Shown here in pieces: positions 11,640 to 23,353 of a stretch of DNA of 64,000 bases. The notes under the pieces are model-generated. The model was not told where the DNA came from and did no database searches. It saw only the letters and a list, made by a program, of their open reading frames with translations. The number at the start of each line of letters is the position of its first letter. Within the stretch, counting starts at the first letter, position 1. A program made the position numbers and the translations under genes. The DNA is from Chiloscyllium plagiosum (Eukaryota): the NCBI RefSeq assembly GCF_004010195.1, contig NC_057758.1, positions 8,225,353 through 8,289,352 of the forward strand, read 5' to 3'.

Positions 11640-13500
11640 TCACAGAATCCCCCAGAATACTTCGGGCGCACTCGGACGCTATTCGACCGGCTGTGTACAC
11701 TGCTGTTCTATCCCCTGATGTAAACTTCGTGACTCTTGCCCCAGCTCTCTGCATCTCATTTCCACACCAACAAATACCCGACTTCCGTCTTGAAAGTATT
11801 GCCTTGAGTATACCTCCAGGCCATGACGTGGCCTTCCGAACTTGCCTTGAGTATACCTCCAGGCCATGCATTCCAGACCCTAAGTACTTACTGGGTGGAA
11901 AAGATCTTACTCTCTTTATTATTGTTTCATTTGCACCCACCTTAACGATACGACCATACGCCCTTCTCATTGTTGATCCTTTTACAAATGGTAAAGCCTT
12001 CTCCCTGTGTACACAGTTCAGCTGCACGCCATGATTTTGAAATCTCCGTCATATCTCCTCTCAGCTATTTTCTCTCCAGGGAAAGCAGTTGCACCAGTTT
12101 ATTCTTTCTTTGCTATTGTCTCCCTTTGTCCTACCAAAGTCTATTATCTGCGCACAGATACATGCATGTCCCTTTGCGCCTGCCCCCCTTTAAATTTCTG
12201 CCACCTGTACCATGCAATCCCAATTTTATATTGCCTTTCAGTGATCTTCCAATAAAGTGCATCCCCTTTCACTTCATTGAATTGAAATGTGTCTACCTCT
12301 TACCTTCCAACTCTACCAATTTGCCAGTGTCCTTTTGAATCTCTGCACTGGCCTTCCCATAGTTTACAGTTCTACCAGGTTTCGAGTCATCTGCATGCGT
12401 CTAAATTGTTAACTGCTCAGTTCTCCAGATGCAATATCACTAATGCCCTGTATTACTGAAGTATAGACTTCCTCCTTTTGCATTTTTTTCCTATGTTAAC
12501 AATACAATATTCTCTAGACTGTATGAATCTGTGAGTCTGTGTGATCTGCATAAAAAGAAAGTCAAATTTATGGTCGAGCTGATTTCTCTTCTCGTCGGGG
12601 TATCGAGTACGGCAGGCTATAGTGTGAGAATAAGGGACTTCAGAATTAAGACAGAAATGTGCAGAAATTACATCTCTGCAAGCTTGAGACTCAATTAAAT
12701 TTGCCAACTCCTCTTTTATCCCTCCAGTAGAAGATATCCTTCCCGTTGCGTGATGACCAGGAGTACACACAATATTTCAGCTGTGCCCAAACTGAAGTTC
12801 TGTACAGATCCAACAAAACCTCCTGCTTTTATAATCGATGTCTCGAATGGTAAAGACAACACGGTCCTTCTTAATTCTACCATTAACATGTGGACACGCC
12901 CCGAAGATTTCTCTATTCCTTTGAGCCTACTCATGACCCAGGAATCATGAGTACTCTCCTACCTTGATTCTTCTTCCCAAGAGCGTTTCCTAAACTTATC
13001 GATGTTAAATCCAATTCTGCACTCATGTTCAGAACTGTCTTATTGAGTTATTTTTCTTTCGGGCTATCTTTCTGCCATCCACAAATTTGGAAACAGTATC
13101 TCACGTCCCTTTGTGTGAACGGTGTTGAAAAACAGCAAACATTTGAGGGTTCAGCCGGCCACTTTCTGTTGCATGACTTGTAAAGTTGAACACGCAAGAT
13201 GCCAACCTCCTGTTTACATCCTGCCAGAGCAATCATTCTTCTCTCCATGCCTGTATATACCATGCTTGCACACTGAACATACTATATCTGCGCAGGAGCA
13301 CCTTATATCCAGCCTTCATGAAATTTACTTACACCACGTCCAAGGGTTACCTTCTGTCTACAATGCGCGTTGTCAATGAACTCAAAAAGCTTCCTCAAAC
13401 CATGATCATTCAACAAACCATGTCGTTTTTACAATGATTGCCTTTGAAATCATCCAAATGCTCTGTTACAAATTCCTAACAATACATTCATTGAGACAAA
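11640..13500 (-). mobile_element. Nested degraded CR1 fragments in the intron of pseudogene A
   Basis: An SKFADD-like RT remnant (VSKFVDGRKI), LRGDM motifs, and a CR1 3' tail ending in attctgtga just upstream of the exon A acceptor. Confidence 0.7.
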
Positions 13501-14179
13501 GTTTTATCTAACTCGGTGAGACCCAAGCAACTGCAATTGGTGAAAATTGAGAAATGGGACATTTGGAAATCTGGTGGTGCCGAAAGGGAGGGGGAGGGTA
13601 GGTTGCATTTAAATAATTCAAAAACAAATGTTATTGAAATTGAGGCATTACTTGAATATACATACAGAACAACATCAGCATATCTGTGACTATTGCTTGG
13701 CACAGGCGAGCCAATTCCAGTCAGTGCACATGGAGCATTTTGAATCATTTCGGTGTAGTGGAGGTAACAGAGTTGGTTTGCTGGAGGGAAGGTGCAGGGA
13801 ACATGCCAGTGTCTCATTATGATAAATGATCCCAGCGTTAACCGTGTTGTGTGAGAGGCGAAGAACAAGGAAAAGGAGAAGGATAGGCAATCGATCAAGC
13901 GAGTGATCATTTGATGCAATCATGGCTGATCTTTTCCCAACAGCCAACTCCACATTCCAGTCCCATCTCTTCAGCTGAAGTCAGGTAAAAATCTGTCCAC
14001 CACTTCTTTATGTTTACTAGTATCCCGGCATTCACTGCATCCCGCGTCAGTGAGTTCCACCAATCGATGGTTCTTTCAGAAAAAAAAATCTTCCTCATCT
14101 ATGCTCTGAATTCATACCCTTTGTTTTAAAACTTGGACCTATCCTTCTACAAATCCCGACCTGAGGAAGCATCCCTTTT

Positions 14180-14481
14180 GGGCGGTACGGTGGCACAGTG
14201 GTTAGCACTGCTGCCTCACAGCGCTCAGAGACCTGGGTTCAATTCCTGACTCAGGCGACTGACTGTGTGGAGTTTGCACATTCTCCCCGTGTCTGCGTGG
14301 GTTTTGTCCGCTTGCTCCGGTTTCCTCCCACAGTACAAAGCTGTGCAGGTCAGGTGAATTGGCCATGCTAAACTGCCCGTAGTGTCAGGCGTAGGGGAAT
14401 GGGTGGGTTGCGCTTCGGCGGGTCGGTGTGGACTTGTTGGGCCGAAGGGCCTGTTTCCACACTGGAAGTAATCTAATCTAA
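14180..14481 (+). mobile_element. Full-length HE1-like V-SINE
   Basis: tRNA-like A/B boxes (tggcacagtgg, ggttcaattcc), V-domain gtggagtttgcacattctccccgtgtctgcgtggg, and an aatct tail. Confidence 0.9.
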
Positions 14482-15138
14482 TAATCCATTCTACGTACAC
14501 TTGCACAATCGTACTCACCATTTTTCAGACTCCGATTTGACTGCTTAAACTTTCTTCATAAGACAAATGTTCACTAATTGACGCAGTTGACTGAAACTCC
14601 TCTAAATTGCCTCCAGTATAACTATATACCTTCTCAAGTAAGGTGATCCAAATTCTCCGCAATATTCCAACGGCAGAGTCATTGATTCCTTCTACAGTTG
14701 CAGAAACACACTTCTTTTATAGTAGATTCGTTTAAGAATAAATTGGAAACACCAATTTATTCCTTCCTCCGAGGTGCTATCAACATTTGAGCGAATGTTA
14801 GATCCAGAGTGAAGTGGCTGCATTCTGTGCTGGAACAATTTTTATATCTTTTACATTCAACTGACTATTTCTGATAGAAGTGGTATCAGTTGGAAGTTTG
14901 AAAAAGCTGATTTCAATGTAAGGGGGTTGCCCAGATAATCACACAGAAGAGCGGATGGAAGATGTCAGGAGTAAGCAATGATTGGTGTGCGGACCACTGA
15001 CAGAAGTGTTCACTACTGGAAGAATATTAATGAATAAATTGCGAAACTCATCATGATCCAACAGGCAAACTCTGGTTTTATTTTGTGAAAGTGAATGATT
15101 TTTAAAGGAAATTAAATGAATTTAGGACCCTGTCTCAC

Positions 15139-16239
15139 TTCTGAAATAGTTTTCTGCGATGTCGGAATTGAGCGATTGAATGGCCTTCTCATATACCTGC
15201 GAAAGATGCAGTGGTATAAAAAATAATATGGATCTTCGATTTTGGGAAGTAAGAAAAGTGCATCAGAAGCAAAGGACAAAAAGAGCATCAGGAAAGAGCA
15301 CCATGGGCTCACCGATCTCGGGACTCATAGCAGAAGCAGTAATGCAAATGTTAGAACAAACAGTCTTTCCACAAATTCAACCCAAACTCTGGGTCAGATA
15401 CGTTGATGACACCTTTGTAATCATTAAAAACACGGAAATAGAGAATACACACCGGATCATCAACTCCACACTCACAGGAATCCGATTCACGAGAGAGGAA
15501 GAAAAGGACAACCAACTCCCATTCCTAGACGTGAGGGTAGAGAGAACACCAGACGGAGAATTCACCACTAAGGTAGACAGGAAAGCGATACACACAGACC
15601 AAGCCCTGAACTATGAAAGCAACCACCCCAATACACACGAACGAAGTTTCATCAAGACACTATTCAAAAGGGCCACAACACACTGCAGCACACCAGAACT
15701 GCAAAACGAGGAAGAGGAACACCTATACAAGATATTCGCTAAAAACGGATATCCTCGCAATTTCATCAACAGATGCCTAAGGGAAAGACAACAGATCGAG
15801 GACATGCAGCAACCCAAAGGACTAGCCACACTACCATACAGCAAGAACATCTCTGAAATGACAGCCAGACTACTGCGACCACTAGGACTTATAACAGCAC
15901 ACAAACCAACAGCCACTCTCAGACAACAACTCACCAAAACCAGCCAGGGAATTCCTAGAAGCATGGCACTCATCCACAAACTCCATCAACAAACACATAG
16001 ACCTGGACACAATATACCGGCCGCTACAGCGGACAGCTGAAACTGACAACCGGAAGCGGCAGGGACAGGCCACTATAAATGCCGGAGGAAACACCACAGA
16101 AGCGCTTCACAAGAGGCTCCCAAGCAGTGAGGATGTCACCGAGACAGGGGACGAAACGTTTGCAACAAAAACTTCCAGCTCTGCGAACAGAACCACAGCA
16201 GCATCAGGAAACGTATTGCGAAGGGTCCTGCCATCAACA
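15139..16239 (-). pseudogene. 5' exons of pseudogene A1: signal-peptide exon split by a Penelope insertion, plus a 58-nt exon (15196-15139)
   Basis: Removing the insertion restores MLMAGPFAIRFLMLFLSFAS. Downstream, TTTCGCAG|VYEKAIQSLNSDIAENYFR+A|GTGAGA. No intact donor follows the signal segment. Confidence 0.5.
15296..16199 (+). mobile_element. Penelope-like element, 5'-truncated and internally deleted, with 12-bp TSD
   Basis: RT motifs MGSPISGLIAEAVM, WVRYVDDTFV, FTREEEKDNQLPFLDV and LNYESNHP. The sequence jumps to an EFLEAWHS tail, so most of the GIY-YIG domain is missing. TSD agcatcaggaaa at 15284-15295 and 16200-16211; empty site at 41148-41159. Confidence 0.92.
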
Positions 16240-16246
16240 TTCTCCA

Positions 16247-16746
16247 NNNNNNNNNNNNNNNNNNNNNNNNNNNNNNNNNNNNNNNNNNNNNNNNNNNNNN
16301 NNNNNNNNNNNNNNNNNNNNNNNNNNNNNNNNNNNNNNNNNNNNNNNNNNNNNNNNNNNNNNNNNNNNNNNNNNNNNNNNNNNNNNNNNNNNNNNNNNNN
16401 NNNNNNNNNNNNNNNNNNNNNNNNNNNNNNNNNNNNNNNNNNNNNNNNNNNNNNNNNNNNNNNNNNNNNNNNNNNNNNNNNNNNNNNNNNNNNNNNNNNN
16501 NNNNNNNNNNNNNNNNNNNNNNNNNNNNNNNNNNNNNNNNNNNNNNNNNNNNNNNNNNNNNNNNNNNNNNNNNNNNNNNNNNNNNNNNNNNNNNNNNNNN
16601 NNNNNNNNNNNNNNNNNNNNNNNNNNNNNNNNNNNNNNNNNNNNNNNNNNNNNNNNNNNNNNNNNNNNNNNNNNNNNNNNNNNNNNNNNNNNNNNNNNNN
16701 NNNNNNNNNNNNNNNNNNNNNNNNNNNNNNNNNNNNNNNNNNNNNN
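16247..16746. other. Assembly gap (500 N)
   Basis: Run of N. Confidence 1.
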
Positions 16747-16789
16747 GTGACACAATTGCACTATATACACACACTGACAGTAATACGAT

Positions 16790-16817
16790 TACACAGGCGC
16801 ACGCGCGCGTGCACGCG

Positions 16818-16848
<31 letters not shown>

Positions 16849-17500
16849 GCTCACACACACAGTCAAACAAGGCACACACTCTCCCAGACTCACACAAGTA
16901 CCCTCTCACAGACAGAGGGCCCTCTACACTCACAGGCACACATACACGCATACTCTCACAGACACTCAATAACCCCTCCACACACAGACACACACACACA
17001 CATACATACGTTTGTGGTTTGAATTTCTACTTGCAGACTTGTATTGTACTTTGCTCAAAATCTGAATGAATCCATGGACAATTCTGTGAATTTTTTAAAA
17101 ATTAGAATCAGTCAAACATTATGGCACAGACAGCAGCGCACAGCGGTGCTAACACCTTCAATACATTATCTGGGCAGCCACCAATTGTTAAATTTCACTG
17201 CAGAATATAACTTTTTAAGAAAACTTATTGCCATTTTCATATGAAACAACTGAAACTAACATGGCCATTCTAACACATGAGAGACTGAACAAACAATCAA
17301 GGTATTTTTCAATGCATAATTTCTGTTGCACCACGCTGTAAGCTTTTGCTATAAATTCTGTTTCTTTGAGTCATATACTCCACAACCACCTGATGAAAGA
17401 GCAACACTCCGAAAGCTGGTGCTTCCAATTAAACAGGTTGAACTATAACCTGCTGCTGGGTGATTTTTAACTTTGTACACACCAGTCCAACACCGGCATC
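16790..17500 (+). mobile_element. Non-autonomous Penelope-type repeat with a CA-rich tract and hammerhead-like terminus
   Basis: Ends ccacctgatgaaagagcaacactccgaaagctggtgcttcc...ttttaactttgtacacaccagtccaacaccggc. A related copy lies on the minus strand at ~39850-40445. Confidence 0.6.
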
Positions 17501-17699
17501 TGCAAAGCACAGGCAGTTTGATAACCAGACGTTTTCCCAGTGCAGAAATTGTTATCACAAGGAGTCACATTTCCCAGGTATTTGGAAGTTCAGGGAAGAC
17601 GTCACTGTTGGATTCTTTACTCAGAGAGGGGTGGGTACGTGGAATGCTTGCCAGTACATGAATGATATTTAAGTTAGTCTGATCTGACAGTGTAACAAA

Positions 17700-18015
17700 A
17701 GGGCGGCACTTTGACTCCGTGGTTAGCACTAATGCCTCACAGCGCCAGGGATCAGCTGTCTGCCTGGAGATGGCACATTCTCCCCGTAGATGCATGTTTT
17801 TTCTCCGGTTTCCTCCCACAGTCCAAAGATGTGCAGGTTAGTTGAATTGGCCATGCTAAGTTACCAGAGTATTCAGGAATGTTAAGTTAGGTACATTAGT
17901 CGGTGGGGTGCGGTGGGGATAGGTAATCGAAGCGCTCTGGGTTGTCTGATTTTCAGAGGGTCGGTGTGTACTTGTTGTGTTTAATGGCCTGTTTGCATAC
18001 TGTCGGGCTTCAATG
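17700..18015 (+). mobile_element. Diverged HE1-like V-SINE
   Basis: gtggttagcactaatgcctcacagcgccaggg..ccggtttcctcccacagtccaaagatgtgcagg. Confidence 0.8.
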
Positions 18016-19299
18016 AAAAGGCCGACCAAGCATCGAGGGTCAAATGGCCCGTGCTGTACTGATCTATAATACAGAATCCATGTTCAGGAAATTTAACACA
18101 ATAGACAAGATATCACGTTGCAATTTGCTGAGGCATTGGTCAGGCAACAAGTTCATTTCTGGGAAGCAAGTTTACAGGAGGGATTTGGAAACTATGGAAA
18201 GCGTGCACAAGAGTTTTACCAGGATGCAACGTGATAAAGAGGGCACGACCTATAAAGTGACTCCAGAAAAACTTTGCAGTGGCGGAGGATAGAATTTGAA
18301 AAAATAAATCATGACATGCATAGAAAAGGTTGACCGTCAGAATCATTTTCGTTGAGTTGAAATGTCTAAGACTAGGGAGCATGCATCTAAGGTAAGAGGG
18401 GGAAATTTCAAAGGAATGTGAGGAGCAAGATTTTGTTTCTACAGGCGGTGATATGAGTCTGTAACGCGCTGTCAGTGGTGATCATGGATCCAGATACGAT
18501 AGAACACTTTCAGGAACATTTCGATAAGCATATGAATATGGAGGGAATGGAGGAATATGTTCAAGTACAGGAGAAGCGTTGAGTTTACTTCAACGTCATG
18601 TTCAGCACAAACTCGTCTTTTGAAGGACCGGTTCCTGTGTTGTATGTTTTTACCTGCTAACAGTGAAACCTAATAGATTCATACGGTTTGATGCCTTCTC
18701 AAAAAATAAACGTGGTTCATGTGCATTGACCTGGAGTGGCGAGCAGATTGTGGTATTGCATCTCCTTTAACACGAACGAGAGACAGAGAGAGAGAAAGAG
18801 AGAGGCTTTGATCCACAAAAATTCATGGATCTATTTTCAAAAGAGCAAAAATCCCTTGGAACAAAGAGGAAGAAAAGAGATACACACAAGAATGCACATG
18901 AATACACATAAGTGCACACACACTCAAATATATGCAAATAGAGGCAGACAAAAATGCCCAGAGATACGCGGAGATAAATGAATACACGACAATAAACACG
19001 CGCATAAACAACCCCAGATGCACGAACACGCACAAGGACGAACACTGACAAGGACACACACAGAAACACTGAGCGACGTATAAATCGCGACAAACACTCA
19101 AAAGCCGACACACGTGCTAATCTAAAGCAAGAGACGTAGACAGATAAATAACGAGACGCACAGAGATGCACACACGTAGTCTGAGTGGGACAATGAACAG
19201 CAGATGTGGTGTAATTTCGAAAAATATGATGTTAACGACTTTGGTTGCAATATGAGGAAGGCTAATTACGATTTGAGTGACTTCAAAGTTGGAGATTAG

Positions 19300-19830
19300 T
19301 TTGTGATAGGTTGGGTCTGTGTGTTCAATTTGGGGGCACTGTAGAGGAAATGTGTTTTAATTGGAGTCTGTGCCTTCAGTGTGGAGGCAGCGTGTTCAGA
19401 GTTGGTTCCGTGTGTTAGACGTAGGATCAGTTTGCATTAAATGTGGGTCTGCGTATTCAGTATTGGGTCTGTGTATTCAGAGTAATGTATTTGTGTTCAG
19501 TGTGGGTTCTGTGTGTTCAGAGTGGGGTCTGGATTTCATTCTGCGCTTCGTATCTTCTGTTTGGGATCTGTGTTTTCACATCGGTGCCAGTGTGCATTGA
19601 GTGTCTGGTCTGCGTATTCAGTGTGGGTGTGTCAGTGTTCAGCGTGGGGCGTGTGTGGTCAGTTTGGGCACCTCTGTGTTCAGTCTGGCGTCTGTGTGAT
19701 CGGTGTGGGTGCCTCTGTGTTCAATGTGGGGTCTGTGTGATCAGTGTGGGATCAGTGTGTGTTCAGCGTGAGATCAGTCTGTGCCGAGTGTAGTGTCTGT
19801 ATTTTCAGTGTGACGCCTGTGTCAGTATTA
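19300..19830. repeat. Degenerate GT-rich minisatellite (~20-bp unit, tctgtgtgttcagtgtgggg-like)
   Basis: Recurrent gtgttcagtgtggg/tctgtg units seen directly. Confidence 0.75.
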
Positions 19831-19909
19831 GAGAGAGCGAGAGAGAGAGGGACAGGGAGACAGAGAGCGAGAGAAATAAAGCCTTCTGAAATCCGCATAC
19901 GCCCTCTAA

Positions 19910-20980
19910 TCCCCTTCCCCTTCATTGATCTTGTTCTGCCACCAGTGACAGAATACCTGCAATCAACCTACATCAGTATGGGTGCACCAAAAATTGCACA
20001 TGAATTTCAACCCAGGTGAGTGATTGACGAAGTTCTTCTTAATCAGGGGTCCTGGTGTTGATATTGGGGATTGGCGTACCTGAGATGATGCTGTCACAAA
20101 AAAGCCTGAAATGAATTCGCCAACGGTCAGAAGCTGGGACGTCGTTGCGTTGGCAAACGTCAACCCATCAGGCAGTTCGTCTCATCTGGCAACACGTGGA
20201 GTGTGGATGTTGCCGTGAGTAGCCGGGATTATCCTGGTTGGCACAGAGATCTGGCACAGTTACATCACAGGATTTGACTCCCCAGTATTATTTCTGAAAA
20301 AAAGCAAATACAAATCTCACTTCTGGCACCAGCCATCTCCCTCTCACCCTCACATTTCACCACTTTGAACAAGGGTTTTATTAATCAAAACATCTCACAG
20401 ATTCGCATTTCACACCTTCGTCACTTCCGACAGCCTCCCGAGTTAGTCCCCTGCTCACTCCTTCAGTGATCTTGAGCTCTAATGGCATTACCATTACTGA
20501 ATCATATCACTGTAAAAATCCGAGATCTCCCACTGAGAGAGAATCTCACAGTCGCCCCTTGATGTTGAATGGCATCACCATCATAGTGCGAATCCTTGGC
20601 CAACATTTATTTTGATTGCTCAAAATTCTGGACTTCTGACCGTAAGAATTTACCGTGAGTCAGTCTCCTGCATATGGACTGCGGTGTTTCACGAAAGAGC
20701 CCACTCCCAACGTCTTCTCAAAGTGGACAATCAATGGATGAACGACAAATTATGGACCGGCCAGGTCCGATCACGTCTGAATAGTGAAAAGAATGAAGGT
20801 GCCGCTGCGTTTTCAGCGGGCACGAAACTTTGTGATGTTTTTCTACGCTCCCCTCCTCTTTCAGCACAATACCCCAACTCATTACCACCTGCTGCCCAAT
20901 GTAGCGTTTTCCATCCTTCTGTTTTGTTCCATTATCCAGACCTGACTGCAAAACTTCCCAATTGTTGCAAGTTTTCACAA
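19910..20980 (-). pseudogene. Heavily decayed multi-domain defensin-like pseudogene I (exons 20980-20654 and 20293-~19910)
   Basis: Phase-1 acceptors TTCAG at 20980 and 20293; phase-1 donor G|GTAAAT at 20654. Motifs: KTCNN/GKFCSQV[W]..SR[W]**VGVLC[*]KRR; IICRSSIDCPL*EDVGSGL[F]RETPQSIC; NCARSLCQPG/HSTCCQ; DVCQRND..LFCD; FMCNFWCTHTDVG*LQVFC. Confidence 0.4.
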
Positions 20981-21379
20981 CTGAACATTAAAAGCAAGGA
21001 TCCTGTCGATGGTAGAAGAATGCACAATACTTCAGCTGCCGATTACGCAGTCACGTCACAGCCACAACTGTACAAACCCGAGCTTTTAGCTGTAAGACAT
21101 CTTAGTACATACGATATTACCAAAAAATCTAACCTGAAGCTATGCTGCGTGCACTTGATCTTAATATGTAATTCTGCATGTTTTGGGACTAAATCCTTTA
21201 TAAAATATTCTAACGTGTTACAATATGTACTTTTCTCTTTCTAAATCACCCTGTGAACAGTATGCCTGCGTTTGCAATGATCTGCCTCTACTGCTCACAA
21301 AACAAATCTGTTTCCACTGTACGTAGGCACATTTGACAACAATAAATCAAATCAAATCAATGAAACACATTATGCAAAC

Positions 21380-21945
21380 TATAGAATAAAATTTGTCTCT
21401 CTTTATTTTTGAAAAAGCTTGATTATTGTTCTTCAATACTCTGGAAGGAAGGATGGTAAATTCCTTGAGAATGTACAAAAGCAATTTAAGTGGTCACTAC
21501 AGATGGATTTTAGATATTAGGAACGGTCATGGAAACTGGGCTTATTCTCATTGAAAAAGAGGATTCACAGGTGATCTTACCGACGTGTTCAAAATTATGA
21601 ACTATTTTCACAGGATGAAGACGGATTCTGCTTCCACTTGTTGATTTGCTAGTAACAAGTGGGTTACACTCCAAGATTGTGAGCAAGACAGTGAGGGGTG
21701 AGCCGAGGAGAAATGCCGAACCTCAGAAAGTTGTTAGAATTTGGAATATGCTCCTTTGGAAAATGATGGAGGCGGATTCTAGTAGAGGTTTCAAAGAAAG
21801 TGGAATATATATTTGAAATAGATACATTTGAGAGGGTTATGGAGAGAGAGCTGGAGCATGGTACTATTTACGAAATTGTTTGCGGATTATATGCAGATTC
21901 AATGGGTCTCAAACTGCTCTGCAAGTTCGCATGATTCCCCGAAAA
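21380..21945 (+). mobile_element. Old CR1 3' fragment
   Basis: LGLFSLKKR/GDLTDVFKIM-like remnant and tail. Confidence 0.65.
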
Positions 21946-22203
21946 TCTAGAGTTATGAAATGAAAGCGGATCCAGTCGTAAGCATTGCAATTTGCTGCAA
22001 ACACCCGTCCAACTCACTCATGTTCTTTATGGAAGAAATTCTGTTGCCCTACCCCAGTATGGCATCATGTCACAACAGACCCACAGCGATATATTTGATT
22101 ATATTGAAAACAGCACTAAGTGATGCACACAGTCAGCGAGTTTCATGGGCCATGAAGAAAAATTGCTTTTCATATATCTGAACGTTTCACCTGATTTCAG
22201 CAG

Positions 22204-22350
22204 GTTATTTTGGACTGCGCTTTCTGCTTGATAAATATTTACCTAGTTCACGGAACAGATTACCATTCTGCTTGTTGGCTTGGAACAAGGTTATCAAGCT
22301 ATTCACGAATGGGTCACTTTCTTGTCCGTTTCAAAGAGAAGCATGTAAAC
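22204..22350 (+). pseudogene. Decayed defensin-like exon J, truncated by an antisense CR1 tail
   Basis: TTTCAGCAG|GT (phase 1) then GYFGLRFLLDK[Y]LPSSRNRLPFCLLA[W]NKVIKLFTNGSLSCPFQREAC. Only 3 Cys remain. Confidence 0.35.
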
Positions 22351-22849
22351 TATGAGCAGCAGCAGGCCATTCCGTTCTTAGACTTTGCTGCAAAATTCAA
22401 TATGATCATAGCTGGTAATCCAACTCAGTCCCCTGTTCATGCTTTCTCCCCATACATTTTCATCCATTGAACTGCAAGAACCATGTCTAACTCCGTCTTA
22501 AGGAATATCTACATTTTGGTCTCGGGCTCTTCCCGCGTCAATTGTTTGCCAAGGTTTCCCAAACTCTTCCAAATGAAATTTTCCCTGCCTTATGCCAAAA
22601 TAGCTATCCTTTACCTCTTACCGTATGAGCCTCTCGGTTCTGGATTCCTCTGTTCGTGGGGAGCATATTTTTGTATTTTCTGACCAGTCTTGCTGCATCA
22701 TACAGATGCAGGCCATTTAACTGCTGGCGTCCACTCCACAATTCAATGAGATTCTGGCTGAATTGTGGCCTAATATTATGAGACTGCTCCACACCAAACT
22801 CTTTCCTTTAAACTCCAATGATTAATATACAAACCGAACACATCAGCGT

Positions 22850-22995
22850 ACATTATTACATTATATTATATCATACTATATTATGTTATGTTATATTACA
22901 TTATATTATACTATATTATATTATGTTACATTATATTATATTATATTATATTATATTATATTATATTATATTATATTATATCATGTCATATCATA
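22850..22995. repeat. (TATTA)n pentanucleotide microsatellite
   Basis: Seen directly. Confidence 0.97.
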
Positions 22996-23353
22996 TCAGG
23001 CTCAGGAAGCTTAATCTTATCTCAAAGTCTTTCACTGAGCTGCATCGTGGCTCAAAGTTTAACACACTCCCATCGCATTACATAAGGCAATCAGGTTTGA
23101 CTGCACTCTCGGGACATTGTCGATGTGGACTTTGAAAATTCTCCTGATATCTGCGAACATCTCCATCTGTACCGATGGAGTTCCAACCTCTATCCACATT
23201 AGGTTTTCGCATGCAGTCTGCATTAAACATCTTGAAATGTCTTGATTGAACTCACCACCACATCGCCAATGTTAAAAAATTGCAGCAAGAATTGACACTC
23301 GCTTCCTCACCAGGGGTAATGGAACAGTGCACAGATTGTAGAGGGAAAGGGAA
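22991..23353 (-). pseudogene. Defensin-like pseudogene K (signal-exon remnant 23353-23311, exon 23217-22991)
   Basis: ..FPLQSVHCSITP+G|GTGAGG phase-1 donor, 93-nt intron, ATGCAG|AC phase-1 acceptor. Reads DCMRKP..V[R]RYQEN[F]QSPHRQCPESAVKPDCLM*CDGSVLNFEPRC[S] in a single frame. Confidence 0.5.

Larger units (their letters stand above)
3203..16246. repeat. Segmental duplication block X, copy 1
   Basis: Its reverse complement matches 41113-48257 (=16246 to 7885) and 53221-64000 (=14407 to 3203) at high but imperfect identity. The ORF track shows mirrored peptides. Confidence 0.95.

Noticed and set aside
14180..14255. tRNA gene
   Set aside because: It is the tRNA-derived head of an HE1-like SINE.
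15180..16040. Intact 286-aa reverse transcriptase gene
   Set aside because: The ORF fuses flanking sequence to a 5'-truncated, internally deleted Penelope RT and lacks the N-terminal RT motifs and the endonuclease.
16079..17069. Long ORFs across N runs and CA repeats (also 48124-48832, 8496-8950, 22818-23135, 58152-58637)
   Set aside because: Artefacts of gaps or microsatellites.
20612..21244. 210-aa ORF on the + strand
   Set aside because: It has a non-ATG start and no recognisable motif, and is best explained as the antisense shadow of the decayed minus-strand exon.
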